A stretch of DNA of 63,975 nt, counting the filler, from Phoronis australis (lineage: Eukaryota; Animalia; Phoronida): assembly GCA_002633005.1 (NCBI GenBank). It is 12 parts of 12 records of this genome, joined end to end, with 100 filler letters (N's around TTAATTAATTAA, not from the genome) between each part and the next. Parts side by side here need not be neighbours in the genome. Positions count along the whole stretch, not along the records: positions 1 to 3,066 come from NMRA01003247.1; positions 3,167 to 5,718 come from NMRA01003614.1; positions 5,819 to 17,369 come from NMRA01001348.1; 9 more parts are not named here. One strand, given 5' to 3'. Below are positions 1 to 11,844 of the stretch, piece by piece (positions within the stretch are counted from its first letter, which is position 1; each line of letters opens with the position of its first letter). The translations under genes and the position numbers were made by a program. The notes beneath the pieces are model-generated. The model worked only from the letters and a program-made list of their open reading frames with translations. It was not told where the DNA came from and ran no database searches.

Positions 1-400
1 AACACGGTAGTGTCTAGTGCTTCCCCAGAACTAATGTATGCAGTAGAAGTTGCTTCCACACACTGTGTATAGAAGTCTTTACAGGAGACAAACGCCTGTA
101 GCCGAGAAGGTCACATTCATCTGTTTTTCATGTTTAGTATTTTACATTCCTCTGTCCTTCGTGCTTGGTATTTGGTCCAAGTTGGTGTCCACACACTATC
201 ACCGTGACTGCTTCCACTTGTCTGGTCATCTCACTTAACCTTCTTCCCAGAAGAATCAGTGGTTCCCCCAGAGAAAGTCTAGTCATGTCAGTTTCACTTC
301 TGTCCCGATACGGTGACGTCCAGTGATTCTCCAAAACAAGTGTCCACATGGGGTATTATTTCCTCTTCAATGAGACAGAGGTCAGGTCCAAAGCCAGGTA
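1..400 (-). pseudogene. Possible highly decayed Academ-type (DUF6589-like) transposase fragment
   Basis: Broken minus frames give LSLGEPLILLGRR and ILNMKN..AFVSCKDFYTQCVEA..AYI, loosely like the GGDQLT-ER and R-NV..C-DFF..EA motifs. Many stops. Confidence 0.2.
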
Positions 401-1154
401 AGCTACATTCCTCTGTTCTTGATGCTTAAGATGTGGGCAAAATCAATACGCACAGAGAGAGTCCACAGCCACAATTGATTACGCTTGTCTGGGCATTTGA
501 ATTTTTGTCTACCCCGCAAAGTAGAGTGATTCGTCACGAGAACAAGTGTCCGCAACACAAGATGGTTTCTCTCACCGCATTAAATGGGAGAGGCACTATT
601 TTACTCAAGAGTTCGAACGTCAAGTGTTTGAAGTTCTTAAAATAAGAATCCGATCCCGTATAGTTCAGATTGGGCTCCTACCCAGCCAGTGTGTTGCCAT
701 CTGGAGGCACTGTACGAATCTTGTTGAGAAAAAACCATGGACTGACGGACAAGGCCGGTCAGCGATGACAGCTGAAAGCAATCACTAGGCAAAGCTAGGC
801 ACAACAATATTACTACTGCTCACCACACTAGACGCTTTACCACAACTTGTGGTCAAATCTCCAACACAATCAGTGTTCTCTTATATCGGGGCATAATTCC
901 ATCGACCAATGGTTATGTCTAGGAAGATACACTGCAAAAGGGGTCAAATGTTCATAGTTTTAATGGATGTGCCTCACTCAGGACTTAGCTCATGTCACCT
1001 TCATGCATTTTTACCATCAGTATATACCTGGACGTTGTTGTTTATTTTGGTCCTAAGCTATGGATTGTCCATCTGTTCTGTTTACAATAACTTAATAAGA
1101 ATTTTGAATTTTGAAAATTTTGTTCTTTCTGTGCTTTCCTGACACGTACATTAA

Positions 1155-1653
1155 AGGCGAAAGCAACATTCTTTCATGTCATTTTAGTAAAAATACGGTT
1201 CGTTGATTGCCCCAGCCATGTTTTCAGAGAATTAAGGGTTCCCGTAATTTAATTGATTAGTTAGAAATGTTCAGCATGACGTCATTTTGACGTCATTAGG
1301 ACGTATTGGACCAATGTGACGGCATGTCTCTTCTTATTTCAGGGTCCAAATTGCGTCATCTACTGCCCAGACACGTCATCACCAAACTGAGTTCTCTGAC
1401 AACCTAGCTTGCCGTAGAATTTTCATCGATGGGAAATGGTGACGATAATTTTAGGACACCAGCACGAAAACAACAGTAGAACATATCCTCACAGTAAACG
1501 CGAACGCAGAAACAAAGTGGCGGGAAATTCTAAACCCCCTCAACGTCACTTCCATAATAAGGTATGACTAATTAATTAAGTTACGGGAAGCCATACTTAT
1601 CAGAAAAATATGTCTGGGATAATCAAAAACATGAAAAAAGATTGCTTTCTCCT
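1155..1653. mobile_element. Kolobok-like MITE (499 bp)
   Basis: TTAA at 1151-1154 and 1654-1657. TIR AGGCGAAAGCAAC / ATTGCTTTCTCCT. Subterminal inverted repeats near 1237 and 1570. Confidence 0.7.
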
Positions 1654-3066
1654 TTAACGTGTGTGTCGTGAATTACTTGATTGTTGAATCGCTTTGACTA
1701 TGCTTGCCGTCCTCATCGCACGATTCTTGTATAAATGACGATATACTGTATGACGTCACGTGGCTGAAGCACCATTTAAAGACGCCTGGGGCGTGACTAA
1801 ATTTCATTATTCAAAGTGGTTCTCTGCCACTCAAAGCGAAGTAAACTGTTCAAATTGTTCACCGACCACTGATGGTTCTTTCCTTTGCTTTTATTTTCTC
1901 ATTTTAGGTGGTGATAGGTCAGATTACGTATAGCGACATCTAAAGTCCGGACGGCATGGAAAGTGGAAGTCTGTGGCTAGCCGGACAGCATTACATCACA
2001 CCGGAAGTTATAGTAATAGAGTGTTAGCCAGTCAGAGGAAAGACACGTCAGTGGTTACGTTATGATTATACGTGAAGATTATTCGTGCAACGCCACCTCA
2101 CATTCCTCTTAGTGTTAAAAACTGGAAATGTCTCTGTGGTCTTGAAAAACCCGAATGCTTGCGGTATGGGCACTAAAAACATACCTTGCGGTATGGTAAT
2201 AAACAACATACCTTGAATAGCACGTGAATTTTGAGTGGTTGTTGTCTTTGTAGTCGTAGCTATGGTAGGTAATTTTGATTGGCTCCGGATTTGTGGTCTT
2301 GTTGTTTTCTTTTGTCCTGGATAATTCACCAAATACTGTGAGTGATGGGTTCTGTGAGGTCAGGAACCCCTACATTCCTTCACTCAAATTAAAGTAATCT
2401 ACGCACGCATGCAAATACAAAACACATGTACATATACATACATACATGCATGCATGCACGAAAAAGTCTCTTCATTTTTAAGCGAAACGCTTACAATTGA
2501 CATCGCAACTGTACCAAGACTGAACACTTGAGCGATACAAACAATGTTATATCTCGCTGCGTTTTAGCCAGTCTGGGAAACAAGTGTCTGTGGTTTGGTA
2601 ATGAATATAGATGAAGAGCATACATCCAAGGTGTTACATGTTAGAATGTGTTGGACAAATCAGAGTGCATAGTACAGTTGGTAGTTGTCTTTGCAGCCGA
2701 TGCTACTGTAAACAATTTTAAAAACTGCTCAAAAGTCTACGTCAAAGTCTTTTGTTACCCAGGTTAATTAAGTGAGATTGGTTGGTAGTAAACTTTTGTC
2801 TCTTTAAAACCTGAAGAGTGATAGAGTTTAAACACTTCATCGTCTGGATCACCGTTCACTAAACGTGTGTAGTCCTACCAAGACCTTGTGGCCTGTGACA
2901 CTTCGCTGGGACGATGTTTTTTTTACACCAACTATATCCCTTCTCCAATAAAATTCAGCTTGTCGTAGGAAATTACAGACAGTCCGGTACCTGAATAGCA
3001 CCAGACGTCCGTAGCCAATTAGGCCACATTCATCTCCTACGGATGCTATGTAATTGAACCAAGTTA

Positions 3067-3166
3067 NNNNNNNNNNNNNNNNNNNNNNNNNNNNNNNNNN
3101 NNNNNNNNNNTTAATTAATTAANNNNNNNNNNNNNNNNNNNNNNNNNNNNNNNNNNNNNNNNNNNN
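3067..3166. other. Artificial contig spacer N44-TTAATTAATTAA-N44 (first of 11)
   Basis: Identical 100-bp spacers start at 3067, 5719, 17370, 27898, 31311, 34024, 37909, 43980, 46322, 59387 and 62517. The 12-mer puts stops in all six frames. Confidence 0.97.
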
Positions 3167-3491
3167 ACGATGTGTCCAAATACCAATAAATCAGTAACAG
3201 CGAAATAAAACAACACGTTTTTATAAGAACTCGGTGTATTTTTAAAGTTTTACACCGAAGTTTGATGATTTATTGGTGTTAAAAGATGAATTCAACCCAT
3301 GAGCTGACACCAATAACCCGTTTTTTAAACTGCTGAACAGACTGCGTGTGAAACCAAGGACGTCATCAGATAATTTCAACACCTCCGTCTGCCGTCTGGT
3401 GTCAGGTAACGCAACCGAATGTGCCGTTTTTGAGTAGAATTACTCGATCTAAATTGATACAAAATAGGTTGCTTTTGGGTGGCATTCTCCT
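3167..3491 (-). mobile_element. Terminal fragment of the Kolobok-like family at 7398-9033
   Basis: Reverse-complement match to about 7398-7715. Ends GGGTGGCATTCTCCT followed by TTAA (3492-3495). Truncated by the spacer. Confidence 0.75.
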
Positions 3492-4006
3492 TTAAGGCAA
3501 AGGGAATTTAACATTACCTACAATAAATCCAAATATTCTAAAATTACCTGATCTAGCCCAAAACAATAGACATGAAATTTGGAGAATACATTACAGTTCC
3601 CTATCAGTCACTATGTTTTTGTTGTTCCACACAATTTGGCTGTCAATTATCGTGTTCTTATTCAAGTAGTCAGTTATTGCTTTCAAAGTAATCAAGATGT
3701 CATTAGTGGTGGTGATTTTATAAGCCTAACGACTCTTTCATGCTAACCTAACTCCGATATGAGCGGAGCGTCTACGTAAACTGCGAACTTGAATGAGTTG
3801 TTCACCGTTCGGTAGTTGACGGCAGTTGCAAGTAAACGCTACACACGATGGGTCTTTGAAGTACATGCAATCGGGGCGCGGGCTCATCCATAGCACATAA
3901 TGCCCTTGATTAATTAAACCTTATCCGTTGTAGTAGTCATATCAATCAATCACAGTTTATCATCGTGTGTTCATGGAGATATAAACTGCCAGTTATGAGC
4001 ATTGAT

Positions 4007-4163
4007 CAGGAGCGGATCCAGGATTTTTAGTTAGGGCTCAGGGTAGAGTATTAGCCTGGACTTTGCCGTCATACATTCGCACCCCCGAACCTCCAAATGG
4101 GATCTGAGAGAGTTTAGGGGGGGGGGGGCATGGCCCCCTTGGCCCCCTCTAAATCCGCCACTG
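4007..4163. mobile_element. hAT5-like MITE with 5-bp TSD
   Basis: Ends CAGGAGCGGATCCAGG / CTAAATCCGCCACTG. TTGAT duplicated at 4002-4006 and 4164-4168. G/C-run subterminal motif. Confidence 0.65.
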
Positions 4164-5818
4164 TTGATGACTGATCGTACTCGGTGCCTAGTCAGTCTAT
4201 AATGTTGTGTCTGCCCTTCGCCCGGCTCAGTCACTTCTTGGTACAATTGAGACTTCAAATTTATTATTTTGAGGTATTCCAGGCCTAAATAAACGTGTTG
4301 CTCACAAACAAGTTTATGATGCTCTTTCAGCATCATTTTTGTTCAAACTTGCACAAAATGAATTTTAAAGGAAAGTATTCCAAAATGAAGCCCTTTCAAC
4401 AACTCTGATACCCGCACCGGGTAGTTTTACAATCAACGTCTGCCTCGGGAACCAGAAACTAAGTCTGTGACGCTGTTGGTGTCGTCGGTATGTGTCAATT
4501 TAATCAATTAAAACTCCCGGATGTTACATAAAATGTGAAATTTGAAACCTGGTACCTTTTATGAAATTAATTAGGAATGTTTTATCTTAGTTACAAAAAA
4601 GTTTAACTGACCAGTGGAAACAGGTATGAAATATCGTCTCACAACTCAGGACCCTGGCGCTGCGAGACATGTCTTGCCAGAGCACTTACAGCGTATTACT
4701 TATTGATTTTTTTGCCGAGAAACAGAGGGTATAGTGTGAAATATATTCTACTGTTACCTTGACAGTTCAAATATATCAGGCATTTGCATGCCTGAAGTTT
4801 TTGCAAGTCATTGAATGATCTCAAAGTCTATACCGCCGTGTGCAACAGCCGTTCCGCTCAGTGTATCAAGTCCAGCGTCCGTAAGCTGGAGTACCTGTAG
4901 GTTACTGCGGACGACCCCTTTAAAAGTGTGCAGCAGTTTATTTACGCTAACAAATTCGCGTTTGATTTAGCACAGTGATAAGGCGTCTGGCTGTCTGTGA
5001 GTGAAATATGCCTGGGCATTCGGCTATTTCAACTGTTGCATTTTTCTCATTTAATTTTGAAAGTTTATTTCGAATTTTCTTATGACGACCACAATAGTAT
5101 GTGTTTAGTCAAAATCGGCCCACATTTGCCAAAGATACGCCTACAATCAGGTTAAAAGAAGGTACATGTACTCATTCGTGTGGAATTGTATTAATGCGCG
5201 TAAAGTTAATGTTATTACACTTTGTTTGAGATTTAGAGTGATTTTTCAAATTGTGTCAGGACTTTCTGTGTAATCATCTGCTCTCCAGAAAATCTTAGGC
5301 ATTACTAAAATTCTACTTTCCGAATAAAGAACTAATGGAATCCTTAAGTTCAATACTTGGATATTTTGTTAAGGGACCCCTGATAGTGGAACAAATGAAA
5401 TTGTAACACCAAGTATCACTCTACCGAGGAACAAAGCTAGCGGTGCAGATATGCAAGACACTCTCTTTCCACGCTTTAAAATAGTTCCATTGAAGAACAC
5501 CTGGGCCCGGTCTCCAATCTCCGTACTCAGACTCATACTCATACTCGAGATTTCATACTCAAAATCGTGCTCACTGGAGTCGTACTCAAAAAAGCGTATC
5601 TAATGTCGTATTTCGAGTAGACTCCAAACGTACTCAAATCTGACACTCATACTCGAGTTGCTATGGAACTCTTTATGATGTGAAATGCAAAATCACGCAA
5701 AGCCGCGCTGATTCATCGNNNNNNNNNNNNNNNNNNNNNNNNNNNNNNNNNNNNNNNNNNNNTTAATTAATTAANNNNNNNNNNNNNNNNNNNNNNNNNN
5801 NNNNNNNNNNNNNNNNNN

Positions 5819-5893
5819 TCAAGTCCGAAGTGTCATACCTTGTAGTATTATATGTAGTGTATTGGGGACGATCAGAAGCTGAGGACGCCTGTG
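5819..5893. mobile_element. Right TIR of the CACAGG-ended DNA transposon that starts at 10739
   Basis: Inverted copy of 10739-10811, followed by TCTAGC (5894-5899), which also precedes 10739. Confidence 0.7.
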
Positions 5894-6068
5894 TCTAGCT
5901 GGGTGGTTAGACCGGCATCGGATAAATGCTAATAACACAACATTTTGCCCTAGGTATTGATTGAATACATCGAATAAGAAGTGTTTACTTCGCAAGCACA
6001 TTCGATTTATTACTGGTTAGTTAATTAGCACAAGCCTCAGCAATAACTTGCAAACTGTGTACACGTAC

Positions 6069-6072
6069 CCAT
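6069..6072 (-). CDS. KRTCAP2: KRTCAP2 coding exon 1 (ATG G), misplaced by scaffolding
   Basis: Minus strand reads aaacATGG|GTACGT. The phase-1 donor joins exon 7108-6954 to give MAVSSSVSFLL. A promoter lies directly upstream. Confidence 0.65.
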
Positions 6073-6084
6073 GTTTAGATTTTG

Positions 6085-6140
6085 AGCTTCACCGGAAAGG
6101 CCCACATCCGGGGTCCCGTAATAAGTGTTGACCAATCAGA
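6085..6140 (-). promoter_or_regulatory. Putative KRTCAP2 proximal promoter
   Basis: CCAAT box at 6132-6136 and Ets-like CCGGAA/CCGGAT motifs within 70 bp of the ATG. Confidence 0.45.
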
Positions 6141-6603
6141 GCCTGACAAAGTGTCACGAAAATAAATTTATTTGTAATTTATGAACGCAACCATTTATTT
6201 TCAAACAAAGTGATGTCAAATTGATACCATTTGACATATATGGAAGACAATTGAGAATACATCTGTCCTGAAATAATTAACAGTGTTGCCATGACGTCAT
6301 AGGTAAACTGTCATGGCTGCTGCCTCCTGATTTCTTTCACGATGAATTTTGGAAGTATTGAACAATTGAACGATTAATCTTGAACTACAGTTCTAGATGC
6401 ACAAGGTTAATTATCACAGTGTATTAAAAATGGGATCTGGCGCAAGCTCGAATGTTAAAAATATACAGATTGACCAGACAAGTGAAAAGTATGACAGGAT
6501 TGAAAGGTACAGGAGTCGGAAATAACTCGATGCCTTTGCCTGGCTTTGCTCTCTTGGCTTTGACGTTATTGTTGTTGTAAACTCTAACACCAGTGTAGAG
6601 TTG

Positions 6604-6765
6604 GGTAATTGTTTACAATATAATGACAATAACTTACACATATGATTTTGGTATCGTTCGATTCCTCATGCCGTCACCTTTCTAAAAATATATGAATTGA
6701 TCCCCTACCGCGTTTCCTTCACATTTTATTGTCGAATTTCAGTTAGCACTATTTCCCGGTGGACA
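6604..6765. mobile_element. Left arm of a long-TIR (MULE/Merlin-like) MITE that continues at 11845-12545
   Basis: Starts GGTAATTGTTTACAA; the inverted copy ends at 12545. Flanks TAGAGTTG / TGGAGTTG (7/8). 6678-6765 is identical to 11845-11932. Confidence 0.6.
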
Positions 6766-6953
6766 NTGGAATGAGTTGATGACGGATGATCAAAAGTCAA
6801 AAAAACCTTTCCAAGTCTTAGCAGTAGCTGAACATCACAGTAAAATGAGTCGCTCTATTTTAAAATTAAGAACAGCAAAAAAGTGCATTCTTTAATATTT
6901 CCGCGAATTGACTTTTGACGAATGAATTGTAGAGCAATTTACTTTGTACGTAC

Positions 6954-7108
6954 CGTGAGAGCGAAAATGAAGAGAATAGAGCCAATGAATCCACCGACTA
7001 TAGTTAACCATTCCTTGGAGGCCAGTTGTTGCTTGTAGAGCTGCATACCACCAAACACAAGTACACTGAATGTTGTGGAGAGAAGGAATGATACACTGCT
7101 GCTGACGG
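6954..7108 (-). CDS. KRTCAP2: Keratinocyte-associated protein 2 (OST complex subunit KCP2), exon 2
   Basis: AVSSSVSFLLSTTFSVLVFGGMQLYKQQLASKEWLTIVGGFIGSILFIFALT matches the KRTCAP2 N-half (GMQxYxxQLASxEWLTIxGG). tttAG acceptor, GTACGT donor, 155 bp. Confidence 0.9.
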
Positions 7109-7126
7109 CTAAAGTGACAAAAAGGA

Positions 7127-7199
7127 ATGACGTCATTATGACATCATTATGACATCATTATGACATCATTATGACGTCATTATGACATCATTATGACAT
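7127..7199. repeat. 11-bp tandem repeat ATGAC(G/A)TCATT, about 6.5 copies
   Basis: Directly visible. Two units contain the TGACGTCA palindrome. Confidence 0.9.
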
Positions 7200-8515
7200 T
7201 CAGCAGCCAGTTAAATAAAATTAAAAGACAAATGAAAATTAAAAACAGTAATAATAATTAGGCCAGATTTACGCAGCGCTGTAAGTTACTGACCACTTCA
7301 GAAATAATTACCTGGCCACAGACCTCTCGTTATCATACAAAACCTATTTCACTCTATTTGCTTTATTCAAGGAAGATGTATATTTTAATGACGCCAAAGG
7401 AGAATGCCACCCAAAAAGCAACCTATTTTGTATCAATTTAGATCGAGTAGTTCCACTCGATAACAGCAAGTGTTTTACCGGACACCTGATGGCAGACAGA
7501 GGTGTTGAAATTAACCAATGACGTAATCGGTTCGAACGCAGTCTGTTCAGTCGTTCACAACACGCTTACTGGTGTCAACTTATTGCTTGAATGCATCGTT
7601 TTACACCAATAAATCATCAAATTTCGATGTAAAACCCTTACAAATACATCGAGTTCTTGAACAAACGTGTTGTTTTATTTCATTGTTTCGGATTTATAGG
7701 TCTTTGAACGTACGGTAGCCTACAGAGTTAGGTCAAGGAGTGTAGACTCCTATGTTCGGTAGGCCAATTTATCATGGTCGATCGCGGGAGTTTGGATCTG
7801 TTTGGTGATAAATTCGAATCATTATTCCGAAAAATACAGACATGAAAGATAGCCGTGTGCTTTACGTTTAGACTTGTGATTTTTTCAGTTCTAAACACAC
7901 AAAACGCTTGTTATCCCAGCCAGTGCCTGGGAACCCGATCAGGTCTGTCATGGCTACCGGACTGGACATCACGAACATAAACCATCTTAAATTAGAAACT
8001 AAACCCTCCACTCACGAAAAGACTATATATACTAGTGAGCCAAAGAAATAATTTGCACGTAATTATTTTGGTGAATTAGCCACGAAACTAAAAATCTACT
8101 TACTTGTCGGGGGTCGCAAAGTCAAGTTGCCCTTTTACAGAACCATCAGGGCAAAACTTGTACAGTAACAATGATATGAATAATGTATTTGTATATCTAA
8201 ATAAAGATTTCCCTAGCATGTAACCATAGCATATAAAATCGAGTTATTGTTTCACAACAGCTTTCAGTCAACAAACACTGAATTAGCATGCGCTCACAGG
8301 GCTTCGGTGCCCGGTCAATTACCTTTATTGCATCTGAAGTCGGTAACGCAATGGTTTATTAATTGCTGGCTTTGCAAAACATTTGCGCTCACGAATACTC
8401 CAAAGGCATTACAAATTGTATCTAATGAGACAGACTTTGTTTCACTTTTATATAAACATTGGTTAGGGTGAGAATAATTCATTTTGAAACAGAGCGCAGA
8501 ATAAAAAACGTCAAC

Positions 8516-8767
8516 ATGGCAACTAGCAATCCCGACTTAGACGAGAGCTCATCCGATGAAGACTTCACAGGTGGATCATTAAGTTTCATAGGCTATCAGT
8601 TCGAACCGCAATACAGTGATCAAGAAATACTAGAGAGGCGCCGTGAACATGCACAGGCAACGGAACGTATGGATAGTTCTTTGCTAAGCCAGCATTCATC
8701 AGACTCACTGTCGACAACTGCCGGCCACAGACATAGAGATGTTTCACGGCCTCATACTTGCTGTTAA
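8516..8767 (+). pseudogene. N-terminal stub of a KolX-like Kolobok accessory protein
   Basis: MATSNPDLDESSSDED..GYQFEPQYSDQEI: acidic start plus a YxFEP motif. Convergent with the THAP stub inside Kolobok TIRs. Confidence 0.5.
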
Positions 8768-8890
8768 CAGTGTACTTTTCATTCTTCACTACAGCGAGCC
8801 ACTTCCTATGCATTTCGGACTCTCGAGGAAGTCGAAAAAACGATATACCCACTTTCCTCAGACAAGAGGGAACGATGCAAATGAACCACT
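8715..8890 (-). pseudogene. THAP domain stub of a Kolobok transposase
   Basis: CIVPSC-LRKVGISFFRLP..RKWL..LYVCGRQL follows the THAP C2CH pattern, with the final His lost. Confidence 0.7.
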
Positions 8891-9844
8891 GACTTTGCTG
8901 TGTCGTTTCTCACCTTCCTCGCAAGTTAACGTGACACCTCTCGGCAAGGTAAGGTCGAGTGTTTGTGAGGCGATGTGGATATAGACCGATTAAGACGGTA
9001 AAAAAGACTATTTTAATCGGGTGGCATTCTCCTTTAATGTTGCTAGATTTTCATAGGGCAGTTTTTTACCCACATCATTCCAAAGCTGCCTATTTATCTA
9101 GTTTTGTACCAAGGCCTGCTTGTGGTATGATATTTCATCACTCCATAAGTCCACAAAAACCAACAGGAATTTGATTTTGTTACTATTATAATATTCAATA
9201 AGAATTTTGTCCCCATACAAGGAATTTCTTCCGATATTTCCATGAAACACAAGCTGCACAAAAAACTTTTTTCAAATACCGATGACGAAGGACATGATTG
9301 ATGGACTGCATGAGAACAATGAATGGAAGCATTGAAACAATTCGGGTGAAAGTGAACCCAGCGAAAAGAATGCCATCAGTCTGTTATGCATCATCTATAG
9401 AGCGAATTGCCAGAAATGGTTGCAATTAGAAGTTTTCAGTACTTTACTAACGGCGAATCGAAATCTTCAAGAAGTATTACTTAGGCGAATGTGTCATTAT
9501 CTCCTAAAAAAGATGTTACTTAACAAAACAACAAGAACTGAAAAATGACGAATGCACACTTGTCATAAACATATGGTTTTGAAATCTTCGTCTGATTTTT
9601 CTTTGTTACAAAAACAAGAGACCGACGTGAGTAAATAATGTTTTCATATTGTGTTACGTTTACGAGGCCACAGCAGACAAGGAAGGTGTTATTTGAATGT
9701 TGGGGTTGCAAAATATTTTGCACAACTGGACAAATTAGCTTTTGATAAAACTTTTGTTGAGGCGAACAAAAAACTTTAAATTGTTTAAATTTCTGAATTT
9801 TTACCCATGTCATTCACTAGCTTTAGTTGATGTTCAGTCACACA

Positions 9845-9953
9845 CAGGCACAGCTACCTAGCTAGAGTTGAGACTGAGTCAGGCACAGCTACCTAGCTAG
9901 AGTTGAGACTGAGTCAGGTACAGCTACTTAGCTAGATTTGAGACTGAGTCAGA
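9845..9953. repeat. 35-bp minisatellite, 3 copies
   Basis: CAGGCACAGCTACCTAGCTAGAGTTGAGACTGAGT at 9845, 9880 and 9915. Confidence 0.9.
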
Positions 9954-10349
9954 CGCATGCTCTCTGGCCAGCTAGTAGAAAGTCTCATCATCTCAAGAGG
10001 CAGCAGAGACGATGACCATCCCATAGGTATTCCATGATGCCATATTCCCTGGCACGAGCAATGTAAAAATGCCAGTTGCAGATTTGGGCAACAGAACCAA
10101 AGACTGAAAGGAGAGTTTGATTCTGGGAGAATTTCTTCAAGTTGGCTTCCTAAACTAAAGTGACCCTCTATACACAAAAGGTACCTATAGTAATACGACT
10201 TCGGTAATTTAAAGAGATTGAACCAAAATTCGCAGAGCGGTTTTCTAGCAGCTAAAATACCAAAACACACTGAAATGGTTTCCCAGACTTCAACCAATGG
10301 GAATGAGTATAGTTTGGTAGTAGCCCTACATTTACACAAACTTCGTTAA

Positions 10350-10487
10350 AGACACGACTAGACTTTGTTGCATCACAGGCACCTTTGATCAGCCCTAACT
10401 ATACACTAAATAAAGTACATGGTCGAGGGCTACTTAAAGGGGTCTGTAGTTGCATCAAGCTCGCTAACAAAAAGTCTAGTGGTGCCT
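10350..10487. mobile_element. Tiny Kolobok-like MITE (138 bp)
   Basis: TTAA on both sides. TIR AGACACGACTAGACTTT / AAAGTCTAGTGGTGCCT (15/17). Confidence 0.65.
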
Positions 10488-10616
10488 TTAAGAACAATGG
10501 GAATGACGGAATGTTATGATGTCAGTTTCATTACTTTAACCAATGAAAGCTATGTTGAACGACATTCGACAGTGGTACCATTCGTAGCACTGTGAAAGAG
10601 TGTACTAGTATAGGAG

Positions 10617-10738
10617 CTACACCGTCTATACTCGAAACGGTGGTGCCTGGTGCGGTGGTCACTGTCTAGCTGGGTGGTTAGACCCTACACCGTCTATAGT
10701 CGAAACGGTGGTGCCTGGTGCCGTGGTCACTGTCTAGC
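10617..10738. repeat. About 68-bp tandem duplication; second unit interrupted by a transposon
   Basis: CTACACCGTCTATA..GGTCACTGTCTAGC occurs twice. The first unit shows the empty site TCTAGCTGGGTGGTTAGACC. Confidence 0.8.
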
Positions 10739-11032
10739 CACAGGCGTCCTCAGCTTCTGATCGTCCCCAATACACTACATATAATACTACAAGGTATGAC
10801 TTCGGACTTGAAATTCCACGGGTGCTTCACTTCAGCCGTCCATAGCAAACATAAAACTCAATAAATTTGCACAAAACAGGGGTTCAGCAAACCATGAAGA
10901 ATTGTTCTTTCTCCCAATACCATTCACGGTGTCCTGTTACGGCGACTTCGTAAGAAATTCGCAGTCAAAGAACAAAAATGTTCACAAAAAGCCCCCACAC
11001 ACGTTCTCCCTAGGCCCGTCGAGGTCAAGGAC
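10739..11032. mobile_element. Left part of an unclassified DNA transposon with about 73-bp TIR and 6-bp TSD
   Basis: Begins CACAGGCGTCCTCAGCTTCTGATCGTCCCC after TCTAGC. The same terminus occurs at 5893 (inverted) and 62295. Confidence 0.7.
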
Positions 11033-11844
11033 NNNNNNNNNNNNNNNNNNNNNNNNNNNNNNNNNNNNNNNNNNNNNNNNNNNNNNNNNNNNNNNNNNNN
11101 NNNNNNNNNNNNNNNNNNNNNNNNNNNNNNNNNNNNNNNNNNNNNNNNNNNNNNNNNNNNNNNNNNNNNNNNNNNNNNNNNNNNNNNNNNNNNNNNNNNN
11201 NNNNNNNNNNNNNNNNNNNNNNNNNNNNNNNNNNNNNNNNNNNNNNNNNNNNNNNNNNNNNNNNNNNNNNNNNNNNNNNNNNNNNNNNNNNNNNNNNNNN
11301 NNNNNNNNNNNNNNNNNNNNNNNNNNNNNNNNNNNNNNNNNNNNNNNNNNNNNNNNNNNNNNNNNNNNNNNNNNNNNNNNNNNNNNNNNNNNNNNNNNNN
11401 NNNNNNNNNNNNNNNNNNNNNNNNNNNNNNNNNNNNNNNNNNNNNNNNNNNNNNNNNNNNNNNNNNNNNNNNNNNNNNNNNNNNNNNNNNNNNNNNNNNN
11501 NNNNNNNNNNNNNNNNNNNNNNNNNNNNNNNNNNNNNNNNNNNNNNNNNNNNNNNNNNNNNNNNNNNNNNNNNNNNNNNNNNNNNNNNNNNNNNNNNNNN
11601 NNNNNNNNNNNNNNNNNNNNNNNNNNNNNNNNNNNNNNNNNNNNNNNNNNNNNNNNNNNNNNNNNNNNNNNNNNNNNNNNNNNNNNNNNNNNNNNNNNNN
11701 NNNNNNNNNNNNNNNNNNNNNNNNNNNNNNNNNNNNNNNNNNNNNNNNNNNNNNNNNNNNNNNNNNNNNNNNNNNNNNNNNNNNNNNNNNNNNNNNNNNN
11801 NNNNNNNNNNNNNNNNNNNNNNNNNNNNNNNNNNNNNNNNNNNN

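Larger units (their letters stand above)
7398..9033. mobile_element. Kolobok internal-deletion derivative (1.64 kb)
   Basis: Perfect 15-bp TIR AGGAGAATGCCACCC / GGGTGGCATTCTCCT. TTAA on the right, CCAA on the left. Carries convergent THAP and KolX-like stubs. A second copy of one end is at 3167-3491. Confidence 0.75.

Noticed and set aside
9801-9808. Alternative KRTCAP2 exon 1 (ATGG|GTAAAA)
   Set aside because: Weak donor and no promoter motifs; the 6069-6072 candidate fits better.
9845-10738. CRISPR-like repeats of 35 and 68 bp
   Set aside because: Head-to-tail with no unique spacers, no cas genes, eukaryotic context.
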